The notes under the pieces are model-generated. The model ran no database searches and was not told the DNA's origin. It saw nothing but the letters and a program-made list of their open reading frames with translations. Source: Candidatus Eiseniibacteriota bacterium (GTDB lineage: Bacteria > Eisenbacteria > RBG-16-71-46). From it: 64,000 nt of DNA. Each line of letters opens with the position of its first letter. Within the stretch, counting starts at the first letter, position 1. A program made the position numbers and the translations under genes. Below are positions 1 to 9,054 of this stretch, one piece after another. The stretch spans positions 2,784,001 through 2,848,000 of the forward strand of contig OY970342.1 of NCBI GenBank assembly GCA_963717505.1, read 5' to 3'.

Positions 1-1
1 C

Positions 2-1819
2 ACGATATTCGAAGGCAGTCTGGTCGCATGTGGGCGCTTCCGGCGCGAAGGCGTCACGGAAGTCGGCATCGTGCTGCGTTGGACCGGCGCCGACTGGGAT
101 ACGCTGGCGAGCGGCGACGGCAGCAGCAGCGCAGTCTCGATCGCGGTGGACGGCACGGATCTGGTGGTCGGCGGGTTCTTCACGTTGTCGCCTGGCCATG
201 CGCTGGGCCCGATCGCGCGATGGAATGGAACGACGTGGACGACGGAGCTGTCGGGTTGGGACGGGATTCCCTACGAGCTCAAACCGCTTTCCGACGGGCT
301 CTACATGGCCGGGTTGCTGACCAACGTCGTGAACCGGGTGGCAGTCGCGCGAGTGTCGGCCGGTGTACTGGAGCCGCTTCCCGTGATCATCGGGACCGCC
401 TACGCACTGGCCGAGTACCGGAATGAACTCTACGCGGGCGGGTCGATCGAGTCGGCCGAGTTCGCCACCGGCATCCAAACGATCTTTCATTGCGTGCGAC
501 GCGGAACGACGTACTGGGAAGACATCGGCGGGCCCGGTCGCGACGGCTACGGCCTCATGGGCACGGGGTTCCCTGCGGTGAACGCCATGCTGCCAGTGGG
601 TGACCAGCTCTACGTCGGAGGGTCGTTCTCGGCGGCTCGTAGCGGCTCGCAATGGGTGCCGACCGGCGCTGTGGCGCGCTGGAATGGATCATCATGGACC
701 GAATTCTCGGGATTGACGGGTTCGGTGAGCGCGCTCGCCTGGTTCGGCGGCCGGCTGATCGCCGGTGGTGATTTCACCGGCCCTTTCGGCATCAACAACC
801 TGGCTTACTGGGACGGCACGGACTGGAGCGAGCTCGGCGGGGGAACCGACGGTGAAGTGATGGCGCTGCTCGTTTCGGGTTCGGAGTTGTACGTCGGCGG
901 TCGTTTCGAGACAGCGGGGGGCGTCCTCGCTCCACGAATCGCGCGTTTCGACGGTGCGCAGTGGTCGCCGGTGGGTTCCGTCGGCGGACTCCCTGCGGTT
1001 GTGGTGCGCGCGTTGATGTCGACGCCTGGAGGAGACCTGATTGCTGCTGGCTCGTTCGAGGGCCTCGGTGGAGTTGCCGCGGACAACGTCGCGCGCTGGG
1101 ACGGTATTGCGTGGAGTGCAATGGGCGCGGGCTTTCCCGGTGAAGCGGTTGCGCTCGCCGAGTTCGAGGGCGACGTGATCGCTGGCGGCTATCCGTCCGG
1201 CGGGGCTGCGTCGCCGGTCCTGCGCTGGACGGGCGCGACGTGGGAACCGCTCGGCGTCGTGCCCGGGTTGGGTGTGCGGACGTTGTGCGTCGCCGGCGGT
1301 AGCTTGCACGCGGGCGGACAGACCTTCGGCCCAGACGATGTCCACATCGCTCGCTGGAACGGTGTTTCGTGGGAGTCGCTGGGCTCCGGGATCGGCCAAC
1401 GCGCCTTCGACTATCGAGCGGTCAGTGCGTTGTCACTGTTCGAGGGCTCTCTCTACGTCGGCGGCGCATTCAACCAGGCGGGGGGGCATCCATCCGCCTC
1501 GATCGCCAGGTGGGATGGTCTGGCGATCCCGGAGCCCGTGCCCCAGCCGTTTGCGGTCGAGCTCGGCAGGCCCAATCCGTTCGCAGAACAGACGGCGATC
1601 GAGTACACGCCGGGGATGGACGTCACCATTCAGGTTCACGACCTGAACGGCCGAAAGGTACGCACACTTCCCGCCTGGTCCGGACCGCTCGGGCGCAGCA
1701 TCGCCATCTGGGACGGGAGGGACGACGAAAACCGGCGCGTACCGGCCGGCGTCTACTACGTGAGGTTCGTTCCTCGGACCGGCGACCCGATTGCCCGCAA
1801 GGTAGTCCTGCTGCCGTAG
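2..1819 (+). CDS. Secreted beta-propeller repeat protein with C-terminal FlgD-Ig-like (T9SS-CTD-like) domain; 5' end lies upstream of the window
   Basis: Frame is open from position 2 (TIFEGSLVACGRF...). Many repeats of LYVGGxF...ARWNGxxWxxLG. C-terminus PNPF...VHDLNGRKVRTL...WDGRDDENRRVPAGVYYVR...KVVLLP. Confidence 0.8.
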   Translation, partial: TIFEGSLVACGRFRREGVTEVGIVLRWTGADWDTLASGDGSSSAVSIAVDGTDLVVGGFFTLSPGHALGPIARWNGTTWTTELSGWDGIPYELKPLSDGLYMAGLLTNVVNRVAVARVSAGVLEPLPVIIGTAYALAEYRNELYAGGSIESAEFATGIQTIFHCVRRGTTYWEDIGGPGRDGYGLMGTGFPAVNAMLPVGDQLYVGGSFSAARSGSQWVPTGAVARWNGSSWTEFSGLTGSVSALAWFGGRLIAGGDFTGPFGINNLAYWDGTDWSELGGGTDGEVMALLVSGSELYVGGRFETAGGVLAPRIARFDGAQWSPVGSVGGLPAVVVRALMSTPGGDLIAAGSFEGLGGVAADNVARWDGIAWSAMGAGFPGEAVALAEFEGDVIAGGYPSGGAASPVLRWTGATWEPLGVVPGLGVRTLCVAGGSLHAGGQTFGPDDVHIARWNGVSWESLGSGIGQRAFDYRAVSALSLFEGSLYVGGAFNQAGGHPSASIARWDGLAIPEPVPQPFAVELGRPNPFAEQTAIEYTPGMDVTIQVHDLNGRKVRTLPAWSGPLGRSIAIWDGRDDENRRVPAGVYYVRFVPRTGDPIARKVVLLP

Positions 1820-1869
1820 GGGACCCGAGGGCCCCGATCGGGCCCCGGCTGCGCTACCATGCACCGCCC

Positions 1870-3612
1870 ATGACTGCCCCTGTCGACATCCACCGCTTCC
1901 TCCATGACGTCTCGGCCCAGGTCCGCGACGCCGCGGAGGTCGGCAAGATCCTCAAGCACTTCGTGCGCGCCGCCGCCGAGCGCTTCGGGGCCGAATCCGC
2001 GTGCGTCGCGGTGCTGGAACCCGGCATGGAAACCGCCCGGGCGTTGTTCTCGCACCCCGCCGGGGCCGGGTGCGACCTCGACCTGATCACCGAGCTGCTC
2101 CGCGGCGGGCGCGTGCAGATTCCCGCGGGTACGGTCGTGGCGCGGCTGGTCCGACGGAATCGTTCGTGGGGATTGATCGTGCTCCAACGCGCTCAGGGTG
2201 CGTTTGCCGAGGGGGCGCCGCGCGAGCTGGGTCATGTCGCCGAGGCCGCTTCGGATCTGATCCAGCGGCTCGATGAACGCCGGCTGGTCGAAGTGCGCGC
2301 GCGCATCGACGACAAGCTGATGAGCGAACTGCCGGCCAAGGATCTCTACTACCAGATCCTCGATGGACTGCAGTTGCTCACGCGCTACGACCATTCGGCG
2401 GCGCTCTGGATCTGGAATCCGGCGACCGAAACGTTGGATCTGGTCGCCGAGCAAATCTCATGGCGCAAGTCGAAGAGCGATCGCATCGGGCAGTCGTTCG
2501 CACTGAGCCGCGAGCAGGCGGCAGCACTCGCCAGCGAGGCGGTCTGTGGCTTCGATCGCACGGCGGAGGGTTGGGTCGAATGGACCGAGGGCTATTCGCT
2601 CAGCTTGGCAGCACTGCTCGATCCCGGGGCGCACCCGGCACGTCCCCCGGCCGGCTCGCTGCTCGATGCCGGTTCGGAGCTGATGCGCCCGGTCGCGGGC
2701 TCGCTGCTGCTCGGTCCGCTCGCCAGCCGCCGCGGTCCCCTGGGGGTGCTCGTGGTGGCCGAGCTGCATCGAGGCGCGTTTCGTGAGTACGAGCGCGGCG
2801 TGGTCGAGCGCTTCGCGCTCCTGGCCTCCCTCGCGCTTCAGCGCGCCGAGAGCCTCGAGAATCTCCAGGCGCGCATGCTCAAGGTCGAGCGCCAAGGAGC
2901 GCTGGCCCAGCTCGCGGGCGGCGTTGCGCACGACATCAACAACGCGCTCGGCGAGGTCATCCCACTGGTCCAGCAAGTGCGCGCCGACCTGGGGGCCGGG
3001 CGCCTGGATCCCGCGCTGCTCGCCGAGGACCTCGACCGCGTGGACCAGTCGCTGCAGGTGGTCCGCGACATCTTCGGCCGCATGACGCGCTTTGCTCGCG
3101 GTTCCGTGCGCGCGGCTGCCCCGGGCAGCATCCGGAAGGCGCTCTCCGGCGCCCAGGCGCTCCTGCACGACGGTTTGGCCCGCCGCCGCGTGAGCCTGGT
3201 GCTGCGGATCGCGGACGATTTGCCCGAGCTGCGCTGCGGCACCAGCGACCTCGAGCGGCTGCTCATGAACCTGATGACCAACGCGCGCGACGCCATGCCG
3301 TCGGGCGGCACGCTGACCGTCTCCGCCCATCTCGAAGGCAACGCCGTCCAGGTCCTGGTTGCCGACACCGGGATCGGAATGGATCGCGAGCTGCTGCAGT
3401 CGATCGAGCGACCGTTCCACACGACCAAGGACGACGGCACCGGACTCGGACTCTCGACCTGCCGATCGATCGTTTCCGAAGCAGGCGGCACGCTGGCCAT
3501 CGAAAGCGAGCCGGGGCTGGGCACGCGCGTGCAGCTCCGGCTGCCCGTGGCGGTCGAGAACGCGGCGGTTCCGAGTGGCGTGGTCGGGAACGCCGGCCCG
3601 ACTCCCAGCTAG
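1870..3612 (+). CDS. GAF-domain sensor histidine kinase (cytoplasmic)
   Basis: H-box AHDINNAL, N-box NLMTNARDAM, G1 DTGIGM, F-box PFHTTK, G2 GTGLGL. Start set at ATG 1870, 9 nt after TACCAT; the upstream ORF extension overlaps the previous gene. Confidence 0.9.
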   Translation: MTAPVDIHRFLHDVSAQVRDAAEVGKILKHFVRAAAERFGAESACVAVLEPGMETARALFSHPAGAGCDLDLITELLRGGRVQIPAGTVVARLVRRNRSWGLIVLQRAQGAFAEGAPRELGHVAEAASDLIQRLDERRLVEVRARIDDKLMSELPAKDLYYQILDGLQLLTRYDHSAALWIWNPATETLDLVAEQISWRKSKSDRIGQSFALSREQAAALASEAVCGFDRTAEGWVEWTEGYSLSLAALLDPGAHPARPPAGSLLDAGSELMRPVAGSLLLGPLASRRGPLGVLVVAELHRGAFREYERGVVERFALLASLALQRAESLENLQARMLKVERQGALAQLAGGVAHDINNALGEVIPLVQQVRADLGAGRLDPALLAEDLDRVDQSLQVVRDIFGRMTRFARGSVRAAAPGSIRKALSGAQALLHDGLARRRVSLVLRIADDLPELRCGTSDLERLLMNLMTNARDAMPSGGTLTVSAHLEGNAVQVLVADTGIGMDRELLQSIERPFHTTKDDGTGLGLSTCRSIVSEAGGTLAIESEPGLGTRVQLRLPVAVENAAVPSGVVGNAGPTPS

Positions 3613-3617
3613 CCGCC

Positions 3618-4751
3618 GTGAGCCGCGATCGGATCCTGGTGGTCGACGACGAGCCGGGCATGCTGCGCTCGATCGAACGCATTCTGTCTCCGCACTACGA
3701 CGTCCAGGTCGCCGGCACTCCGAGTCGCGGGCTCGAGCTGGCGGCCGAGAGCGCGCCGGATCTCGCGATCCTCGACGTCCGAATGCCCGAAATGGACGGC
3801 TTCGCCCTGATGGCCCGGTTGCTCGAGCGCGATCCGCACATGGACGCGATCATGATGACCGGCAGCGCCGACGAGCGGGACGCGCGCATGGTGCGCGCGA
3901 TCCGCGAGCGGGCCTTCTTCTTCCTGACCAAGCCCTTCGACCGCGAAGTCCTGTTGACCCTGGTCGAGCGCTGCATGGATCTGCGCCGGCTCGATGCCGA
4001 GAACCGCGCGCACGTGACACGCATCGAGCAGGAGATCGATGCGGCCCGGGTGTTCCAGCAGAGTCTGCTGCCCGAGCTGACGGCCGACGAGGACGGACTC
4101 GAGGTGGCGATCCACTACGAGCCGGGTGGCGAGCTGGGGGGCGATTTCTGCGACTACTCGTTCGGCGACTACGGCTTCGGCCTGGTGGTGGTCGACGTGT
4201 CGGGCCACGGCGCCACCGCGGCGATGCAGACCGGCATGGTCAAGCTCGCGTTCCGCGACGCGTTCGCCGACGCCATGCGCCCCGAGTCGGTCGCTCGGCG
4301 CATCGCCGAAGCCTGCCGTCTGTTCCCGCAGGGCCGGCACATGTCGGCGGTGTGCGTTCGGGTGAAAGGAGAGCGACTCGAAGTGGTGAACGCCGGGCAT
4401 CCGGACGCACTCAAGATCGGCCGCGACGGGAGCATCGAGCGGCTGGAGTCCACAGCGCCCATCGTCCACCCCGGGCTGGATCCGTGGCCCTACGAGAGTC
4501 GTCCCATTCCGTTCCACAAGGGCGACATGCTCCTGGTCTACACCGATGGGCTGATCGAGGCGCGCAACGCGGCGGAGGACGAGTACGGCCTGGATCGGCT
4601 CCGCGCCAGGGTGACCGAGTGGCGAGCCGGGAAACCCTCGGGTTCGTTGTGCGCGAGCCTGCTGGGCGCGGTGCGCGAGGACCTGGCGGCCTTCGCCGCC
4701 GGCCGACCACTCGACGACGACCTGACGCTGGCGATCGTGCGGCGAAAGTAG
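3618..4751 (+). CDS. Response regulator with SpoIIE/PP2C phosphatase output (REC-PP2C)
   Basis: ILVVDDE, LDVRMPEMDG and LTKPF receiver motifs; GGDF, DVSGHG, NAGH, YTDGL and DDLT PP2C motifs; 5 nt after the kinase. Confidence 0.92.
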   Translation: MSRDRILVVDDEPGMLRSIERILSPHYDVQVAGTPSRGLELAAESAPDLAILDVRMPEMDGFALMARLLERDPHMDAIMMTGSADERDARMVRAIRERAFFFLTKPFDREVLLTLVERCMDLRRLDAENRAHVTRIEQEIDAARVFQQSLLPELTADEDGLEVAIHYEPGGELGGDFCDYSFGDYGFGLVVVDVSGHGATAAMQTGMVKLAFRDAFADAMRPESVARRIAEACRLFPQGRHMSAVCVRVKGERLEVVNAGHPDALKIGRDGSIERLESTAPIVHPGLDPWPYESRPIPFHKGDMLLVYTDGLIEARNAAEDEYGLDRLRARVTEWRAGKPSGSLCASLLGAVREDLAAFAAGRPLDDDLTLAIVRRK

Positions 4752-4760
4752 CCCGCGGGC

Positions 4761-6079
4761 TCAGTGCCCGCCGCCACTCCGCTTGGGCCGCGCATTCCAC
4801 AGGAACAGCATCAGCACCGCGCCGATCGCGCTGAAGCCGATCATGCTCGGTCCCCACGCGCTCCAGCCGTAGTTCTCGAGCAGCCAGCCCATGCCCGACG
4901 CCGACGAACGAGCCGCCGATGTACTGCATGCCGTCGAACATGTCCGGCCGCGGTCGCGGCGGCGCGCTTGCCGCCGAAGTCCATCGAGGCGGTGCCGGAG
5001 AGCATCGAGTGCACCATCGAGATGGCGAGCGAGTTGAACGATGAAGGCGATGATGATCGCATTCAGGCTCGGCGCCTGCCACACGACCGCACAGGCAGAC
5101 GATCTGAAGCACATAGCCGATGAACGCGACCGGCGGCCGGCGATGGCCGAACAGCTTGTCCGACGCGAAGCCCGCGACGAAGGCGCCGGCGATGCCGGCG
5201 ATGACGACGGCAAGTGCGCCGCTCTGGAAGATCGGGTGGTCGAAGCTGGCAGGTGCTGCGCCTCCTGCATGTAGCGCGGGAACCACTGCTCGAAGCCCTG
5301 GCGCACGAATCCGGTGCAGAACTCGGCGACCGCGATGGTGATCGCGACCGGGTTCGTGAATACCTTGCGCGCCACGTAGCCGAACGTGATCTTCTCGGTG
5401 TCGCCGCTGGTCGCGTCCTGCGGGTCGAAGTCGTCGAGCCCGGCATCGCGTGGTGTGTCGCGCACCACCATGAAGGTGAGCGATCGCCATGAGCCCGGCG
5501 ATGGCCGCGGGGAGGAAGAACTTCCACTGCCAGGGCAGCGCACACGACCAGCGAGCGTCGCCAGCAGCAGGAACACCAGCGCTCGGCCACTCTGGATCAT
5601 CGAGCCGAAGATCGCCGAGAACACGCCGCGCTCGCTGACGTGGAACCAGCCGGAGTTGACCTTGATCAGGGCCAGCGCGCTGTACGACTGGAAGTACATG
5701 TTGAGCGTCCATACGGTCGCGAGGTAGCCGAGCAGGACGGTGCCGGTGCCGAGGAAGCCGAGGTAGGCGCCGAGGCCGAACGCCAGGTTGAAGACGCGTG
5801 GCGCCGCACGACGCCGATCAGCATCGCGCGACGGCCGCCGAGTCGGTCGGCGATCGGGCCGTTGAACATCGCCGAGATGCCGTAGACCAGGGTCGCGGTC
5901 GAGATGATGGTCCCGACCTGGGTCTTGTCCCAGCCGTAGGTGTCGGACAGCGACTTGTTGGCGAAGCCGAAGTTGTACCGGGCCATGTACATGGCCGCGT
6001 AGGTGAAGCCGAGCACGAGCCAGTTCTGCGTGCGGCGGGACAGGAATGCAGGCGAGTGGACGATGTGCTCGGGCGTCAT
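4761..6079 (-). CDS. MFS transporter, organophosphate:Pi antiporter (GlpT/UhpT-like) family; several frameshifts
   Basis: Fragments in different frames: YAAMYMARYNF, GPIADRLGGRR, WFHVSERGVFSAIF, GFASDKLFGHRR, MDFGGKRAAATA, FDGMQYIG. Confidence 0.75.
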
Positions 6080-6187
6080 GAAGGGTCCCCGGGACGGACA
6101 AGCCGCGTACCCGCGATGCCGGCTATGGGGCCGTCCAGCGGGTGTTGCGAATCAGCGGCTTGTACCGCCGACTGTCGCCAGGGTCAA

Positions 6188-6204
6188 GGGCGGGCGGATT
6201 ACTG
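6188..6204. repeat. Left target-site duplication (17 bp)
   Basis: GGGCGGGCGGATTACTG, identical to 7548-7564. Confidence 0.92.
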
Positions 6205-7547
6205 TGTAGTGAGCAAGACTATCTGTCCGCATTTAGGGCGGACGGGAGTGACCGCTCCCCCTAGTGGGGCGGTTGGGTGGTATCAGGGGTTGCGAGGAGG
6301 GCCTCGCAATGCCGGCTACGCCGACCGTCCAGGAGCGGACGATGCGGGTCAGGGAAGTGCTGATGCGAGCGGTACAGCGGGAGATCAGCTGGATCCAGGC
6401 GGCGGACATTCTCGGGATCAGCGCCCGGAACATGCGGCGCTGGAAGGTGAAGTTCGAGACCGCGGGACTCGAGGGCGTGCTCGACCGGCGGACGCTGGGC
6501 CACCCGAACCCGCGGCGGGTGACTCGGGCCGAACTGGAGCGGCTGCTGGCGCTCTACCAGAAGCGCTACCAGGGGGTGAACGTGCGGCACTTCTGTGCGA
6601 TTGCCCGGCGTGAGCATGGGCTGAAGTGGTCGTACAGCTTCGTGCGACAGGCGCTGCAGGTGGCCGGGTTGATCAAGAAGCGTCGACCGCGTGGACGTCA
6701 CCGCCTGCGCCGTCCGCCGCGTGAGTGCTTTGGCGAGATGCTGCATCTGGATGGCAGCCTGCACGCGTGGCTGGCCCTGCGTCCGCACGACCGCCAGTGT
6801 TTGATCGTGGTCGTGGACGATGCGACGCGGCGGTTGCTCTACGCCCAGCTGTGCGGACACGAAGGCACCGAGCCGGTACTGGCCGCGATCCACGCGGTCG
6901 TCTCGCGCCACGGCGTGCCCCAGGCGCTGTACACCGATCGGGCCCGCTGGGCCGCGTTCACGCCTAAGAGTGGTGGACCGGTCGATCGTGACCACCCCAC
7001 CCAGGTCGGGCGCGTGCTCGCGCGCCTCGGGGTCGAGCACATCCTCGCCTACTCGCCCCAGGCCCGTGGCCGCAGCGAGCGACTCAACCGCACGCTCCAG
7101 GACCGGCTCATCCAGGAGCTGCGCCTGGCACGGATCGTCACTACCGAGCGCGCCAACGCCTTCATCACCGAGACGTTCCTCGCTCGCTACAACGAGGAGT
7201 TCGCGGTCGCGCCGGCCGAAGCGACGTCCGCCTTCGTCACCGCTGGCGGCGCCGACCTCGACCAGATCCTGTGCCACGAGGAGTCGCGCACGGTCGGCAA
7301 AGACAACACCGTACGCCTCGACGGGGTCTGCCTTCAGATCCCGAAGCAGCCCGGCCGGCCCTCCTGCGCGGGCCTCACGGTCACCGTTCGCAGGCACCTC
7401 GACCACACCCACTCCGTGTGGTGGGGCCCCCGCCGCCTCGGGCGGTTCGATGCCCGCGGCCGGGCCCTGAGGGAGGCCGCTGACCTTGCCGCCTGAAAGA
7501 GGACAGATAGTCGTGTCAAAAGCGGTCACTTAGTCTTGCCAACAACA
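6205..7547 (+). mobile_element. Insertion sequence, IS1202 family (formerly ISNCY), 1343 bp, with 17-bp target-site duplication
   Basis: Ends TGTAGTGAGCAAGACTA (6205) and TAGTCTTGCCAACAACA (to 7547) form a 14/17 inverted repeat with TGT...ACA termini. GGGCGGGCGGATTACTG flanks the element at 6188-6204 and 7548-7564. Subterminal inverted matches at 6217-6228/7501-7512 and 6247-6255/7522-7530. Confidence 0.92.
6309..7496 (+). CDS. DDE transposase (IS1202/ISNCY group, rve-type core)
   Basis: N-terminal HTH (QAADILGISARNMRRW); HLDGSLHAW, VVDDAT, LYTDR and SPQARGRSERLNRTLQDRL motifs; GAGGAGG RBS before ATG 6309. Confidence 0.93.
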   Translation: MPATPTVQERTMRVREVLMRAVQREISWIQAADILGISARNMRRWKVKFETAGLEGVLDRRTLGHPNPRRVTRAELERLLALYQKRYQGVNVRHFCAIARREHGLKWSYSFVRQALQVAGLIKKRRPRGRHRLRRPPRECFGEMLHLDGSLHAWLALRPHDRQCLIVVVDDATRRLLYAQLCGHEGTEPVLAAIHAVVSRHGVPQALYTDRARWAAFTPKSGGPVDRDHPTQVGRVLARLGVEHILAYSPQARGRSERLNRTLQDRLIQELRLARIVTTERANAFITETFLARYNEEFAVAPAEATSAFVTAGGADLDQILCHEESRTVGKDNTVRLDGVCLQIPKQPGRPSCAGLTVTVRRHLDHTHSVWWGPRRLGRFDARGRALREAADLAA

Positions 7548-7564
7548 GGGCGGGCGGATTACTG
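7548..7564. repeat. Right target-site duplication (17 bp)
   Basis: Identical to 6188-6204. Confidence 0.92.
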
Positions 7565-7605
7565 CGGGGAGGGGATGCCCGACGCGGCTACGACTGGAAC
7601 AGGGT

Positions 7606-8904
7606 TCAGCTGCCGGTGACAGCGAGCGCGGGTATTTCCGGAGCCGACCCTTCGGACGACGCCAACTCGTCCAGATCTCGGTCCAGATCGCCGCTCTCGT
7701 GCAGCTCGATCAGCGCTTCCACGACTTCCGGGAAGAACTGGGTACCGGCGTTGCGCCGCAGTTCCTGGTAGGCCTCGGAGGCGGGGAGGCCGCGACGGTA
7801 GGGCCGATCGCTGGTCATTGCGTCGAAGGCGGCGACCGCCATGATGATCCGCGCGCCGACCGGAATCCGGTCTCCGCGCAGCCCGCACGGATAGCCGCGT
7901 CCGTCCGGCTGCTCGTGATGCGCCTGGACGATCTCGGCGACGCGTTCCAGACCCGGGAGCCCCTGGACGATCTGGAAGCCGACGGTCGGGTGCGTGTTGA
8001 TCACCGCCCGTTCGCGCAGGTCGAGGGGGCGATGGCTCTGGAGGATGTCGAGGTGGATCGCGGTGCGCCCGATGTCGTGGAGCAACGCGCCGAGTTCGAT
8101 GTCGCGCAGTTCCGCCTCCACCACTCCGAGCCGTCGGGCGATGCGCACCGACCGCCGGGCCGCGCGGTTGGAATGGCCGCGCGTGTAGGGATCGAACGCG
8201 TCGATCGCAGCCATCAGCACGCGGACCGTCTGGATCTGGCCGTCGGCCACCGGCTCGTGACGCCGCGACGCGAGGCTGATGAACAGGGAAGGCAGGAGGC
8301 CGTAGACCGCGACCAGGATCGCCGCTGAGGCATCGACCATGGCGAGCACCAACCCGTAGGGCAGGATCAGCAGGTCGTGCAACAGCTCACGCGGCAGGCG
8401 ACTGTGAATCGTGGCCCACGCGCCTCGGCCCTGAGACAGGAGCGTCGCGCAGGACGCGAGCGCGGCGCGTGCGACCCAGGCGGTGACGAAGGCGCCGGCC
8501 AGAGTGGTCGCGTTCAGCCCGCCTCCGGTGGAGCTGGTTCCGAGCGCAAATCCGGTGGCGCTGACCACCAGGATGCCTTCGCCGGCGCTCGAGAGCGCTT
8601 CGGAGAGCGGACGCCGTTTCATGGCACAGGCGGCAGCTCGGCCGATTGCAGTCGCGCAGGCGGCGGGGGCCGGGCCGAGCAGCAGCAGGGCAGCGAACTC
8701 CATCGCAGGCGTCAAGACCATGCGCACCCCGGTACGGGGAATCGCGACCGCCAGGAACTCGGCCAGCGCCACCAGGCAGATCCAGGGAATGACGATCGTG
8801 GCGCCTCCGCTCCAGGTCGCGGGCGGCGCGTTCATGATTGTCAACGCCAGGGCGACGGCTCCGGCCGCAGCCAGCGTCCACTTGCCGAGGTTAGGTGTGG
8901 GCAT
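7606..8904 (-). CDS. Membrane-anchored HD-GYP domain protein (c-di-NMP phosphodiesterase-like)
   Basis: N-terminal multi-TM region; YTRGHSNR, LLHDIGR, HHEQPDGRGYP and AMTSDRPYR motifs. True start taken as MPTPNLGKW, not the 1117-aa ORF. Confidence 0.88.
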   Translation of the reverse strand: MPTPNLGKWTLAAAGAVALALTIMNAPPATWSGGATIVIPWICLVALAEFLAVAIPRTGVRMVLTPAMEFAALLLLGPAPAACATAIGRAAACAMKRRPLSEALSSAGEGILVVSATGFALGTSSTGGGLNATTLAGAFVTAWVARAALASCATLLSQGRGAWATIHSRLPRELLHDLLILPYGLVLAMVDASAAILVAVYGLLPSLFISLASRRHEPVADGQIQTVRVLMAAIDAFDPYTRGHSNRAARRSVRIARRLGVVEAELRDIELGALLHDIGRTAIHLDILQSHRPLDLRERAVINTHPTVGFQIVQGLPGLERVAEIVQAHHEQPDGRGYPCGLRGDRIPVGARIIMAVAAFDAMTSDRPYRRGLPASEAYQELRRNAGTQFFPEVVEALIELHESGDLDRDLDELASSEGSAPEIPALAVTGS

Positions 8905-8958
8905 GGGTCTCCAGTCGGGTATCCGAGGGTTCGGGGGACCCGAACGGTCTGAGGTGGG

Positions 8959-8985
8959 TTTTCGGCTGGACCCGGGGAAACCTGA
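8959..8985 (-). promoter_or_regulatory. Putative sigma28 (FliA/WhiG)-like promoter for the membrane HD-GYP gene
   Basis: Minus strand reads TCAGGTTT-N11-GCCGAAAA; the sigma28 consensus is TAAAGTTT-N11-GCCGATAA. Confidence 0.55.
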
Positions 8986-9018
8986 GCGAGAATTCCGGCC
9001 CCAACCTGCGGACGGTCC

Positions 9019-9047
9019 TAAAGCTGGGCAGCCCCAGGTGCCGAATA
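9019..9047 (+). promoter_or_regulatory. Putative sigma28-like promoter for the GAF-HD-GYP gene
   Basis: TAAAG-N16-GCCGAATA, ending 7 nt before the GTG start at 9055. Confidence 0.5.
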
Positions 9048-9054
9048 TACCGGG

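Noticed and set aside
4750-4761. Palindrome AGCCCGCGGGCT between convergent stop codons
   Set aside because: Too short and GC-rich, with no U-tract, to call a terminator.
6205-7547. Tn7-like or CAST element suggested by TGT...ACA ends
   Set aside because: There is only one transposase gene, no TnsC/TniQ/Cas genes, and the duplication is 17 bp rather than 5 bp.
8939-8949. LytTR-like half site (CGAACGGTC) upstream of the membrane HD-GYP gene
   Set aside because: Single partial match with no partner at 21 bp; it may be chance.
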